Made by a program: the position numbers and the translations under genes
Part shown: piece by piece, positions 13,071-26,903 of the stretch
Layout: each line of letters begins with the position of its first letter
Numbering within the stretch: position 1 is the first letter of the stretch
Notes under the pieces: model-generated
What the model saw: only the letters and a program-made list of their open reading frames with translations
Told to the model about the DNA's origin: nothing
Database searches by the model: none
NCBI GenBank assembly: GCA_964016885.1
Contig: CAXHJY010000249.1
Location: forward strand, 1 to 64,000
Direction: 5' to 3'
DNA: 64,000 bases
Source of the DNA: Eledone cirrhosa
Taxonomy: Eukaryota

Positions 13071-13554
13071 GCCTTTTAAGGTTGAATTAGAATTTGAAGT
13101 CAGATTTTTATTTTCAACCATTATTCTAATTTAAAGCGATGTGGTTTAACCAGAACTATATTAGCCTATCTGTAAAAATTGGCTAGCTGCTAGAAAAGGA
13201 CCTAATTTTTATGTGAAACAAAATAAAATTGCTGTTTTGTGAATTTTAGAGTAGCTTGTAATAGTCTACTTTTTTGTAATTTTCTTTTTCTTTAATTCAC
13301 CTCTTTTATAACTTTCTAAATGATCTCATTCTAAGATTTCTTTGACTAAGTTCTACATTGGTTAGCAGCATTTGTTTTTATGCTCTATTTGTCATTCATA
13401 ATTGTGTTCATATTTGTATGGCTTTCTTTATATCAAAATCCAGCTCATGCCTTTTAGTTACCTTATTTAACTGCCTACACTTATTTTTGTACCTGGATTT
13501 ATGCTTCTTCCTCAAATACACCCTTACAGGAACTTGTGAAATACATTGTTCTAG

Positions 13555-13740
<186 letters not shown>

Positions 13741-14205
13741 TAATTCAAATCTTTATAAAGTCACTTAAAAGAAAATACTTAAAAGGAGTTAGAAATTTTG
13801 ATTTTATTGAAAGCTCTATTTGTTCTGTTCCCATAAAATAAGAAGGAAAAATGGCATATATATATGATCTTCACAGCTATTATCTAGAGTGATCGGCTAT
13901 TATAATTTAATTTGGGACTACTACATTTCACATTTTAAATATTCTCAATGTTTCTCAAGTTAACACATCTAGCTACAGGTTTAAAGTCTTCTAAAAGAAG
14001 GCAATTATTAACCTGGGGCTCCTTAGCATTAATGATTTACACATTCATCCAGTATCTGAGAGATGCAAGGTTCGATTCCTTACAGGTACCTCTGCCCATT
14101 TTCTTCCATCTCCAGGAGTACTTAACCCTATTTTCTATCTATCATTATAGTAATTTGTTAGGATGGCTACACTAAATTTCTTATCTATATATTTATATAT
14201 ATATA

Positions 14206-15003
14206 TGTGAATGAAAAATGGTGTGCTGCGTTGTTGCGAACATGAATATATGAATAAAAATAGACAAGGGTTAAAGTGTCCTCTTCAGTAGTCTTCTGAT
14301 TTATCGTTGGTATTTCGACGCATAAAGACTAGATACCTAAAATCAGTGCGAGCGATAACTCAATTAAGTTATCGGGACAGTGGGAAAACGGAGGGAAGAA
14401 AACAAACACATGGTGGTATGCAACGAAAAGAGAGGAAAAATAGACAAGTCAATGAATCACATGGGCATAAGCCCAACATATCAAATTGACGAGTAGAAAT
14501 AGACACGTCCGAGCTGCGAGAAGATTGAGAGAGGAAAGAAATTCAAGCAGGTCAGACGGGAGGAAGTGAGAGGGGGGAGAAGCAGAGAGGGAGTGAGTGA
14601 AAAGTGGGAGGAAGGACCAGCAGCAGGAGTTGAGGACGGCAAGAGGTGAAGGAGAGAGAAGGGGTGATAGCAATAAGGTAACAGAAAATATATGAACGAC
14701 AGCGAAGAGAAAAATTATGTGAATGAAAAATGGCGTGCTGCATTGTTGCGAACATGAATATATGAATAAAAATAGACAAGCGTTAAAATGTCCTCTTCAG
14801 TAGTCTTCTCGCAGCTCGGACGTGTCCATTTCTTCTCGTCAATTTGATATGTCAGGCTTATGCCTACGTGATTCATTGACTTGTCTCTATTTTTCCTCTC
14901 TTTTCGTTGCATACCACCATGTGTTTGTTTTCTTCCCTCCGTTTTCCCACTGTCCCGATAACTTAATTGAGTTATCGCTCGCACTGATTTTAGGTATCTA
15001 GTT
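14206..15003. mobile_element. Direct plus inverted duplicated element, Penelope pLTR-like
   Basis: 14206-14297 is repeated directly at 14717-14809, and 14329-14524 is repeated inverted at 14805-15003. The minus strand has CTGAAGA-ggaca...tgttc-GCAA, a decayed hammerhead-like core. Confidence 0.55.
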
Positions 15004-15019
15004 TTTAAAAAAACAATGA

Positions 15020-15361
15020 TGTTAAGTGGTTAAAAAGTTCACAATCATGTGATACCAGGTTCAGTCTCACTGTGTGTCATCTTGAGTAAGTTTCTTTACC
15101 ACAACCTCAGGTCAACTCAAGTTTTGTGAGTGAAATTGTGTAGACAAAATCTTTGTGGAAGCCTGTTGGATTAGTTGTACCTGTAATCTAAAGGGTCAGC
15201 CTTGTCACATTGCTGCACTAATCTAGCTTGGGAATTCCATTAATGGTGCACATGACTGTGGAATACTCAGCCATTTACACATTAATTTATGGATTTAATG
15301 TTAGGCTGATTAAACAATTAATGCTCATTGTTGAAACTAATGGAAGACTCATCATCATCAT
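15020..15361 (+). mobile_element. tRNA-derived SINE (CORE-like)
   Basis: A-box-like aagtggttaa, B-box-like ggttcagtct, core cttgagtaag and a (CAT)n end. Confidence 0.55.
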
Positions 15362-17199
15362 TGTCTTATATATAAAACTTGAAACTAAATATTGAAAAAG
15401 TTAAAATTTAGAAATGGATAAATTTGGAATAAATAATTAAATTGAAAAGTATTTATCTTTAAAAAAAGTATATATGGAAAATGAAGTTATATTTCAAACC
15501 CATGCCAGTATGGAAAGTGTACATAAAAGGATAGGTAAACAATTAAGGGAAACTTATTACTATCATGGTTCTTGTTCAAATGTGGTTGACAGAAAATGGC
15601 TAAACCAGAAGTCAATGAAGTGATCAGAACTTGCAAAGTGTGGAGGTGATGACAAGTTCAGTTGTGGTTTGATTGTGGATTCAAAATTGGTGCCGCTTAC
15701 TTTGTGAAACAATTACAGACACTTGAATTATTTTAAATATAGCAATTGATTTCTTTATTTCAGCAGTACTAAAGTCAACTTAATACTTTTGTTACCGTAT
15801 AAAATACACTACCAATACGAAATGTGTCATAAATTATATTTTTGTTATTGGTATTACATTGACACAATGTATTACATTGTACTTTCAGGGTAATAATTCT
15901 AAATCACTTATTCTTTAATTGGTTCCACTCATTAGACTGTGGCCTTGAAGAAATGTATTCAATCATATCAATTCCAGTACTTATTTTATCAATCTCTATT
16001 TGTTGAATTACTAAGTTATAGGTCATGAACATGGCCACACACACACGCACACGCACACACGCAGTTTCTGTCTACCTGATTTAACTCACAAGGCATTAAT
16101 TAGTGAACCTGCAACTCTAAAAGATATGTTCAAATTGCCATGTAGTGGGACTGAACCTGATATATGGTTGCAAAACAAACTCCTAACCCACACGGGTACG
16201 TATGTGCCTATTCAAAAAAAGTTCACAAAATGTACCCAGTCTACCAAGTTATCCAACCAAATCTAATGTAAAAGGGTACTTGAAAACATGTAATATTGAA
16301 TTTTTCTTTCATTTTGTATTTAAATTTTAGAAAAACCCTGTGAGCAGAATTTCTAATTTACAAAATAGCATAAAACTTAGACATGTTTTGGTTCTCCTCT
16401 CTCTCAATTCACGACTTGGCTTTTCCAGTAAAGCACCAACAATGGGCAGACTACCTAAATCCACTCCATTTTCTCCTAAATCAACTCAATACATCTATTA
16501 TTTCTCTTCCATGTTTTTTGTTACCCTTGTCCTATTCCATTACCAAACTATATGAAACTACTCCTGGTTCTATGATACAAAGCAATATGTTTTAAAGTGT
16601 TTTTATTTATCTAAAAAGCTTCCATCATAATTTTGTGAGAATATAGCAAGTGTTCAGATTAAGGTCAATGGTCTAAGGATATCTTTCTAGCACTCTTGGA
16701 AGTTTGGAAAAAATAAATAAAAATAAAAATAAAATCATGGTTGCTGCCCTTCTTTTTGATAAAGTGATAAAAAAACTGAAAATTGATTAATTAAAACTCA
16801 GCTAAATATAACCATCCTCTAGTGTAAGAAGACCTAAAATGGCTAATAGGCTCACTAATGAAAAATTATTAAGCTAAAAGCAATAACAAATCTGTTTTCT
16901 TTTTTATTAATAAACTTGTATCCCTCTGTAAATTTTTCTAAATATAATAAAAATAGCAAAATATTCAATTTTATCCACAACTGGGGGTCATAGGTTTGAA
17001 GCATTTTATCCCTTTTTTTTTGTAGATTCCTTTAGTATTTGATTAAATGCAGAAACTCAATTGAAATATGTTTCTATTTCTAAATGTTTGAATGTTTTAT
17101 AATCCAAATAACTTCAGAAATTACTCTAATTGTATATATATAGCAGTTATATCTTGTGAAGGTTATCTGGGACCAATTTATCAACTTATGTTGATGATA

Positions 17200-17737
17200 G
17201 CACCACAATGGCAAGCAAAGGCTGGCTTCCACCTTTGCAGAGTTCTACTGCATGTCTGGTTGGACAGAAAGGTATCGTCCACTATGGACTGCTCCGACCA
17301 AACACCAGCATAACCTCTGATGTCTATTGCCAACAACTTGACAGATTAGCAGTGAAAATCACATTGGTATGGCCACACCATGCTCCTGTTTGATTCCTTC
17401 ATGATAATTAGGGATGACATGAGAAGCTGCTGAAACTAGGTTGGAAGGCTCTGTCCCACCTGCCATATTCACCTGATCTCACATACAGACTATCACCTTT
17501 TTCTCTCAATGAGCAATGCGATGCAGTCAAATACCTTCACCAATGAAGACCAGTTAAATCTGTGGTAGACGGAATTTTTTGCATTGGATCCAGAAGAATT
17601 TTACAGGGATAGAATCATGTGCCTGCCTAAATGATGGCAGACAAGAATCGCAAAGGAAGGCAATTATTTTTCTGTTAAAAAATGCCAAAGTCCATAAAAA
17701 TTTGAAAAATGGCAAAAACTTTCTGTCTAACCTAATA
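17200..17737 (+). mobile_element. Mariner transposon 3' remnant
   Basis: Degenerate transposase GIVHYGLLRP..ITSDVYCQQLDRL and HLPYSPDL, with a terminal aaaaactttctgtctaacctaata that resembles a mariner right TIR plus TA. Confidence 0.8.
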
Positions 17738-17814
17738 TCAATACATGTATGGTGTAGGATGGTGAAAATGATAGAACACCAAGCTAAATGCCTAAGAGCA
17801 TATAGTTTTCATCT

Positions 17815-17985
17815 GCTATGTTATGGGTTCAAGTCCCTCTGGGGCTTATAAAAGAATTACTTATGTACTAGTGTCAATTCTATGGACAATATACATGCTA
17901 TGTTATGGGTTCAAGTCCTTCTGGGGCTTATAAAAGAATTAAAGAATTACTTATGTACTAGTGTCAATTCTATGGACAATATACA
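17815..17985 (+). repeat. ~81-bp tandem duplication within a SINE-like sequence
   Basis: tgctatgttatgggttcaagtcc...ggacaatataca occurs twice; the second copy has an extra aaagaatt. Confidence 0.85.
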
Positions 17986-18315
17986 AGTTTGCTGTAAGTT
18001 ATGCATATTGCAGAATCAGGCTAGACAATTTTTTTTTCAAATTTCAGTTCTATATTTAAATGTCTTTATTGTAGTTTGAATTGATCTTACCTTACTTTAG
18101 AATGAATTTTTTTTTTCAGTCTGAAATTTAAGTATTCCTCATTTAAAATGGACTGAGCTAAAATTTATGATCAGTAGAAAAATTTGTTTTTGTTTTTGTA
18201 GCACAAGGCTAAAATGTGCTAAAATGTTTGTAGACTAACTACATACTGGTGTGTTAGTCTTTATACATTTTAGCACAAGGCTAACTACACACTGATATGT
18301 TAGTCTACATATATC

Positions 18316-18347
<32 letters not shown>

Positions 18348-18877
18348 CATATTCAAATAAAAAATACCTGGCTAAGATAGAATACTACATTGAAACTAAG
18401 ACAGCAACAAATGTGTAGTTAAATGCTAATTTTTTATTTTTATTAAAAAAAATTTTTTTTTAGTCTTGTTTGTTGATATGAATTTGTAAGAACATCTGTT
18501 CATTTGTTTCCTTTCGCTTGCAAAACTCAGCTTGTTTGGATTATTATTAAAATTAATGGATTATAGGTACAAATGGGAACCTATAACCACGTTATAGTTG
18601 TTGCAGATATTGAAACCAATTAGCCTCATTTTTTATTTCTATCACTGACTTCCACAACAGTACATGTTTCTGGTTTCTGACCCAGATGACTGTTAAATCT
18701 GGTGTTTACATTAAGACATTTTTTTTATTTGAGTGTCCCATAAACATTTATTGTAATTAAACAAATTTCAATTAGATTATATATTGTTTGCATATATAAT
18801 TAAATAGCAAAAGTAAGGGAAAGGGGAGAAGGGAGCATCACTCTACTCCCCAGTCTGATATATCTCAGCTGTGAACA

Positions 18878-20270
18878 TGGACAAAATGCCGAAGGCATTG
18901 CTGTGTAGAACAGCCAGCAACACCTACTGCATCAGCTGCTCCACCTCATGGGGCTTCTTCCTCAGGTGGGATGCACTCCTGATTTTACAGAGGAAAATGT
19001 CGGTCTAGGGGCAGAGAACACTGGAGGTCTCTATGGCAACTGGCAAGAAAGGGGTCATTTGGTCCAAGTCCCAGTATTTGGCTGTTTTTCTCTCCTCAGT
19101 GTTACTGGCAGCAGTGTCCAGGTTTGTATCTGAAACAACAAAGTTGGAGGTGAAGAATGTGTTGCAGCACATGACATACCAGATTAGATATTCACCTCTC
19201 TCGAACAGGAAGAGGTTTATCCCATTTGGGTGCTTACCATCACCATGGGAGAGGCCAATAGGCTCCATCTGGGATAGGAAATTGGTCACATCAAAGTTTC
19301 ATTCAATGTAGTGTGTCAAGGGAACTGGCCTACATTATGATAACAAGAGAGTGGATATAGTTCAAACTAGTTGACTATGGTTCCAGAATGGCATTCATGT
19401 GGCTCATGTGCGGAAGCTGAAACATGGAGGCACTTATCATCAAGAAGGGTACTAGTTGATGAAAATGGCACTGAATTGAGTTGTATTTCACTGCCTCGTT
19501 GGGAGGCAGGTATTAATCCAGGGGAGATTTAACCTGCACTTGATGTCATCCCCGTTCTGTTGGTAACCTGCATACTGGGGAAGAGTGAAACCATTGTCAC
19601 TTCAAATAACCAGAGCTGACTCAAGTTCCTGGTCTACTTCTGGTTCTGACATGTGGGTGTGGCTGAGGATAAAGGAAGATAAGTAGGCTGGCAATGCCAG
19701 GTAAAGCTGGACATGTGAAATGTTTTTAAATGTGTCAGGCATGACCACATCTTAGAAACATGTCAAAGATAAGCCTCACTCGATGTTCCTTTTTTAACCG
19801 GACATTCAGCGCACTCATTACTGGCAACATGATCACATGCACTACAAGTCAATTTTATAGTCAACACAGTCCACTAGCCTTCGGTATCCGGATAACATGA
19901 CATTGTGTGTCTCTGTTGTCTCTGTCATTGATGACGTCTGAAAATCATCCCAGCCATCTCGCTTCTTGTTTAACATGATAAATGTGAGCTACAGCAAAAC
20001 TCAATTTAAAAATGCTTTTCTCAGCATTCAGCCTGTCCTGACTGGTGTATGTCTAACTCTGAGAGATGAAACCTAAGTTCTCAACACTCCAATCTTTATG
20101 AAAGCCATACAAGTGTGTCTGGTTTCAAATAAGCTGAGTTACGACTGAATAACTCTTTCTCTGTGTAGTACCTTGTCACCTTCACATGGATTGACTCCAT
20201 CTGTCACTGCACTGAACCAATTTGTGAGGTTTAGTAGCCTAGACCTTAATGCAACATCTAATCTGGTCCC
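18878..20270 (-). mobile_element. Degenerate CRE-clade non-LTR retrotransposon (RT end + REL endonuclease)
   Basis: EPIGLSHGDGKHPNG..LIWYVMCCNT..AASNTEERKTAKY..FLPVAIETS..LAVLHSNAFGIL parallels the CRE REL pattern EP.GL.R.DGKRPDG..WD.TC.DT..K..KY..F.P.AVET.G..QRGNA..IL. Confidence 0.75.
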
Positions 20271-20694
20271 ATAAATATTTGTGTTGAAAGTGTAGTTGTT
20301 CTCAACAGTAGTATTTGTTCACATAAATGAGTCACTTGGCCGTTATTCATAAGGTAGATGTCAATTGAGGTTTATACTCTTAAGAACATTGGGGACACAT
20401 TATATGGATTTAACAGGAAATAAAAATTAGCTCATGGGCTTGAGAACTTTGCAACATTATTAAAAGATTCTTGCATTTCTATAGCTGTGTATATATCTAA
20501 ATATTAATCACTGACAAGAAACTTTTCTAATGAGTGCTATAAATACAATATTTTGATTTATTTATTTCACAAATGACTGCTGCTGTTGAATCGAATTACG
20601 ATGAAAACATTTGCTATTAATGTGTCCAGTTTTCATTCCACTATCATACAATGATTATATCAAGTTAACTAACATTAGATTATCCACATTTTTC

Positions 20695-21480
20695 ATTATC
20701 ATCATCGTTTTTACACCTACCTTTCTTCACTTGCATGTGTTGGACAGGTTCAAGTTTATTTGTGGTATTTTGAATGAAACCTTGTGTAAATATCATTCGC
20801 GTGACCATTTTGTATGTTTTCTATGTTAGCTTTGGTCGAATAGGTCCAAGTGGTTCAAATCAGTTCTTATTCAGTGTTACATCTCACCTAGACAATGTTA
20901 GGCAGTGATAGTTAAGAGAGGTACTGATAAAAGTGTGATGGTAGAAATATTGAATACAGACAGATCAAATCAAACACCATACCTTGATATACAGCTAGCA
21001 TATAGTGAACAGAAGAGAGTTGCTAGGCTTGCACTGGTGGGTGAATGTTTTAGTTTTCCAGCACTGCATCTGACCACTTGACATGATCCTTCATGAGGTT
21101 CAGCTGTCCTCAGTACTTTATACAATTGACATTCTCCACACAATTATACCAATACAGTCTAATTTCTTGCATATAACATTTGATACCTTTTATATTTAGC
21201 TTTTCTTTTGTGCTCTGCTGTTCATGCACACTAACATTTCACATCAAGTGGAGCATGCTTGCTTAATTTCTTTCTAGTCTTTGTCGGTCTGTATTTTGTT
21301 ACCATGTAGTATTGCACTGCATGCACAGTTATCATGCAATCAGCTCTTTACTCTGACAAAGACCCTTTCTTACTGGTAGAGATAACTTCCTGAAATATTT
21401 CCACCCTGTTTTTACTCTGGCTACTATGCTTTTGAACACCCAGCACTAATTAGGTCACTTAGTTAACTACTTCTAGTAAT
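20695..21480 (-). mobile_element. Old RTE 3' fragment
   Basis: Degenerate AILHG..RLERN*ASML motifs, with an RTE-type tail at ~20700-20750. Confidence 0.6.
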
Positions 21481-21678
21481 CTTTTCTAGTATTCAAAGGA
21501 ATATATTTCACGTGTATTTTTATTGTTATAATTACTCCTGTGCATCAGTCACATACAAAGTCTACCACACACCCCTATATATATATTGCTTTAATGCTTG
21601 ATGTAGTAGGGAAAGAGTCTTAATGTTTCAGATGCTAGTCATTCATTGGAAGATAGAATGAGAGATAGATGAATGTAA

Positions 21679-21780
21679 GAATCTGAAACCTAAGAAGTCA
21701 ACTGAGCACACACATGCACACACACTTACTTTATCTAAAATATGTGAGTATACTCAATTGACTTCTTAGGTTTCAGATTC
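21679..21780. repeat. 28-bp inverted repeat (hairpin)
   Basis: gaatctgaaacctaagaagtcaactgag (21679-21706) pairs with 21753-21780, one mismatch. Confidence 0.85.
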
Positions 21781-22311
21781 AGACAAGACATATGGTAGAA
21801 GACACCCATATCTATATATTTAATATTCTCACCATTATAGTTTATTATGCAATATAAAATGCTGGCATGAATGATTCCTGCAAGAAATGTTATGGGAATC
21901 TATTGTTGTATATCATCAATATAGTGGTTTTCTTAGACTTCTCTGTAATAGCCAGATAATTAATATGCCTAGCTGAGCTCTAGAACTGTTGCCCATACTT
22001 GCCAAGATCATATCTCACTGAATATGTATTATTCATTTAATTATTTTCTTTTTTTTAAATTACATTATGAAGGTATGATTTTAAAAATAGAACTAAGTCA
22101 AGAAACAGGGCTTAGGTATAACTGGGAGGAAAAATTCTGAAAAGCAATACAGTTGATTTTATTTCAGATTTAGGCCAACTCTGGTATAAATATTTATCTC
22201 TATTTTGTTTTTTTACAAAATTGAATTATGAGCTTTCATTTTTTTTTTTTTTACAATGAATTTACTCTATAAATCTTTCCAAGCTTTAAAAGTAGGTTAA
22301 TATTTTTTTAA

Positions 22312-22407
<96 letters not shown>

Positions 22408-23054
22408 TGAATTTGATATTAATTGCCACATCATTTGAGTAGGCACTGTTTCTTTTAGAAACAAACCTTAGTTGTATTTAACATTTAAATATGCTTCTGG
22501 TTTTTTTAGTTGTGATGTAATTTACTTTCAGCTGGTAAAAATGAGTTGCAGTGACACTGATGCTAAGTTGTATCAGTCTTTGGAAATATAAGTGGCATGC
22601 TGGGTGATTACTGCTCTTCTGCAAAACAACACTGCTTAGGCTTGTGCCTCAGAGAGGCAAAGTCATGGGTGGATAAGCCATGAACAGTCATGAGCAAATG
22701 AAGCCTTTCTCTAGTTCCACAATTGTTATTTTATTATTTGTCTCTTGTCCTTAGCTAATCTTTAGGACTATAACTGTCTTGAGCTATTTTTAAAAAAATC
22801 AATAATGTAAATGAACCCCAATATTTCTTGGCCAGCCAGACTACCAATACTATTTTTGCCACAGATGTTTCCAATTACTTATTTGCAAGTCATTATTAGT
22901 TCATTCAAAGATAGTTTGGTTGGATTTGTTGAAAAGGACAAAATTTAAATCACTGTTTTAAGATTTAATTTCATTTTCAAAATTAAATATTATGCTCCAA
23001 AGTTTTTAATCATTTCCTGTTTTATATTTTCATGAATTAAAATTATTTTATTAA

Positions 23055-23156
<102 letters not shown>

Positions 23157-24280
23157 TGAAGATTTTACTTATATCTCATTTGTGTGTGTGTACGTGTGTG
23201 TGTGTGTATATATAAACTCATATTCTAAACCCATGCTAGTGTGGAAGATAGACGTTAAACGATGATGATGATATATATACACACATGTAAGAGAGAGAAA
23301 GATGTTTTTTCATGCACATAAGCAAAATACATAATTTTTGCTTATTCCTGTTTATTTGACTGACAATAAGATTCCAGGCCAATTTTGTTGTGTGGCTCCT
23401 AGGAAAAGCATCCACCTTAAAAAAAACTATGCCAATATGCCAAATGTTTTATTTTGAAAATATATAGATTATTGTAGGGATTTAGAAAATTAGTATTTAA
23501 TGGAAAAAATTATTCAATTACTAATTCTGTTGGTGAGATTATTGTTTAATTTCTGTTACTTCGTCTTCACTTCTATTTGAATTGCTTGGTTTTACATTTC
23601 TCTTGTGAAATGAATGGATACCACAATTTCCAATAGCCCTAACTCTACAAGCATAAGTAAAATGTTATTAGTTTAATTGAAGCATTGTGATTAATATTCT
23701 TAAAATTGTTTTAGGAAAGCTAGTACAATGCTAGTTAGAAATAAAGGAGTTAGGACAGAACAAAATTACAGTTTACACTTTTACTTTATTATCTTAATGG
23801 ACGTTAGACAATAATTACTTGAACCATTTTATTTGCTTGAGACTTTATTCATATAAAAGTGAACATCAGTGTTATTGCATGATGCACAGTATTTTGAAGT
23901 AAAACACACCAATCTGTTCACTTTACAAGTATTATACTTAACAAAGAAGTCTTTATTAATAAGTATAAGATTATTATTATTATGTTGATATATGTAATAA
24001 ACTGTAACAATAGCATGTTGGCTTTGAATCTTTAGAAAAAAAGTTTACGACAGCTGCAGATTATAGAATTCTAACCTAGGCTCTATTTTTTTTTTTTTTT
24101 TTTTTTTTGGGGATGGCTGCTCAGATCCCAGCTGTTAAACACTATACTGTTGATTGGTTGTGAAATAATTTTTTGATATGTTTTCTCTTAGTTTAAATTG
24201 CAGTTAATGTGAAACTATTCATCTCTCCAGGTAAACCAATTCCTGTCTAAACGGTTCAATGATTGTTAATTAATGGTAAT

Positions 24281-24504
24281 TGAATCCTTTAGCATTTAAA
24301 CCAGCTGTATCTGACCAGAATTCTCTCTCCTCTTTCTGTTTAAACTAGCTGTAATTGGCCACTCATAGTGATGTTAAGGTATTATTTTCAAAATAAATAT
24401 CAAAATGTCATAGATTCGATATTATGTGAGATAATTATGAGAGATAAAGCCCTTACCATGAAAATACAATACTAAATGTAGAGTAAAGTAAATGTTGAAG
24501 GGTT
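24281..24504 (-). mobile_element. MITE, piggyBac-like family
   Basis: Reverse-complement homolog of 53675-53892, with decayed cctttagcatt...aaggg ends. Confidence 0.6.
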
Positions 24505-25453
24505 GGAACAAGAGATGAAATAGGAAATTTTACACAGCTTTACATTTACAATACTCTTTATGTAGTAAATCAGTTTAGAACTTAGTATATTCTGATATTG
24601 TTCGGACATACCTGAGTGATCTTTTATTTATTTATCTCAAACACAAAGGAGTTATGTCCCCCTGTCTTATAAACTTTATTTTCCATACATTAAATGTATA
24701 GCTGAGCAATTTATTCTTTTAAATACCAACTGCTGCTTAGTTTGAATTTAGCTTCTTAGATTTACCTTGTTTTTCAAGATTTGGCTTGTTAAAAATAAGA
24801 TAAATTTCTTATTTAAAAAAAACGGTGTCTATGACACGAATAGACATAGTGTATAGATGTCGTATTAATTCTCTTAATAGAAAATAGGTTCTATTTTATA
24901 AAACCTATAGATTCCATATTCTAACCTCCATTATAACTATTGCTGTATGTTTTTATAGTATTTTATGGTCACTTTCTTTAGTAGTTCGACATGGTTTTTC
25001 TTTTTTTTTTTTAATTACATCTATTTTTAACTTTTACTCTTGGAGGTTCGTTTGTAAAAATCGATTTAAAATTTCATCTTGAAAATATTTGTATCATTAT
25101 TTTTACATCTGCTCGCTGAACTGGCTTGTATTAGATTGTCGTTATAACCCAAGTCAGTTTTTAATCGGAGTTAATGCCCTTTTAGACATTTCAGACGACC
25201 ACCTCTCATACATTCCTATTTTAGTATGATGTCTACAGTTAGATTCTCTTCCTAACACCAACCACTTTACAGAATTGTCTGTATATGATATTAAAATAGT
25301 AGTAATTCATAATTATAGAATGATAGATATTTTAGTTGTGACTGTATTTAAAAACATATTTCCAATATTTGTAAAGTTAATTTATTCTGAAGTCTTTCAA
25401 TTTAATTTTGTAAATAATTTTTTTTCTCTTTTAATGATTCAATTCCACCATAG

Positions 25454-25630
<177 letters not shown>

Positions 25631-26057
25631 TAACTTTTTTATTAACATATCTCTAATAATAATAAAAACACTACCTACAATTTTTCAATTAGTTTTAAAA
25701 CTAATCAAGATTTAGTAATATAACTTTGTGATTGTTAAGCAGGCATGTGGAGCTTAAGAAAGGCTCTTACATAAAATTATAATGGAAGGTTTCATTTTAA
25801 ATATGAACACTTGTAACAGGTTGTTGGTTAATTACACAATATCTCAAGTCATTAGAAAAATAAATAACCTTTTATAAATTGTATTTCTGAAATCTGTTTG
25901 ACCATAAAATAACATGAATTTCTTTTGTAAAATTAAATGAAAATTCTGAGAAATTATTTCAATATATATATATATATATATATATATTATTTGCTTTTTT
26001 GTTGTTTTGTATAGTTTAATGCTTATTTTAAAAGTTTTAATTGTATATTTTCTTTAG

Positions 26058-26126
26058 GCTTTCATTAACACTGCAAAAGAAATATACCAAAAGATTCAAG
26101 ATGGTGTTTTTGACATTAATAATGAG
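26058..26126 (+). CDS. RAB2: Rab2 exon 7 (69 nt)
   Basis: tctttag|GCTTTC...AATGAG|gtttgt; encodes AFINTAKEIYQKIQDGVFDINNE. Confidence 0.96.
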
Positions 26127-26807
26127 GTTTGTTGATCTTATTTATTTATCTGGGGAAAAAAGGATAATCTTAGAATCTATATTGTCTGTTTATACAAAAA
26201 CTAAGCTTTTTATTGCAAAATCAATGATTAGGGTGATCATCATCTTATTTCAAATAGTAGCACCCTAATCCTGGTTATTATCTAAACATGAATGCAATGT
26301 CTTCAAGATAGAATTTTTGCTGCACTTTTACTCAGTATGAGTAAAAGTGAGGGTATTACATTGTAAACATGACATTGTATTCTTTGCCTTGATTTACCTG
26401 GCTAAAAATTATCACATGTACTAAATAGATATTTGATAATTAATAAAACCTAATTGTAAGAACAAAGATAAATTTGAACAAGTGCAGCAGTCTCTAAGTG
26501 AATTTTTGATTTGCGAGAGATAGCAATTAAATTCCCTAGAATTACACTGTACTTAAGGTCATATTGGACAATATAGCCCTAGATATTTTAAAATGACGTG
26601 ATGGTTACGGTTGTAATGCCTTCAAAGTTTTGTTTGACCAGACCTGTCTTGGAACTTAGTCTGTGGTATATTCTATCTAGATCAAAATTTAAAATTGAGT
26701 ACTTTTTCTTTGATAAGAATTAATGTTCATTTGATATCAATCTAAATTATTCTGATTTCCTTTCTGAATATATTTCAGTTTTAAAAAAAAATCTTTTTTT
26801 ATTGCAG

Positions 26808-26903
26808 GCAAATGGAATCAAGATTGGTCCACAACATTCCAATGCCAACACCAACCTGCCTTCTGGTGGTGGTGGAGGAACCAATGGTAGTAACTGCTGC
26901 TGA
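26808..26903 (+). CDS. RAB2: Rab2 last coding exon with CC prenylation motif
   Basis: attgcag|GCAAAT...TGCTGCTGA; encodes ANGIKIGPQHSNANTNLPSGGGGGTNGSNCC*. AATAAA candidates near 27509, 27862 and 28152. Confidence 0.96.
   Translation, partial: ANGIKIGPQHSNANTNLPSGGGGGTNGSNCC

Noticed and set aside
26041-26268. Short ORF-track ORFs overlapping Rab2 exons and other 60-130 aa ORFs
   Set aside because: Alternative-frame or chance ORFs in AT-rich or TE-derived sequence.
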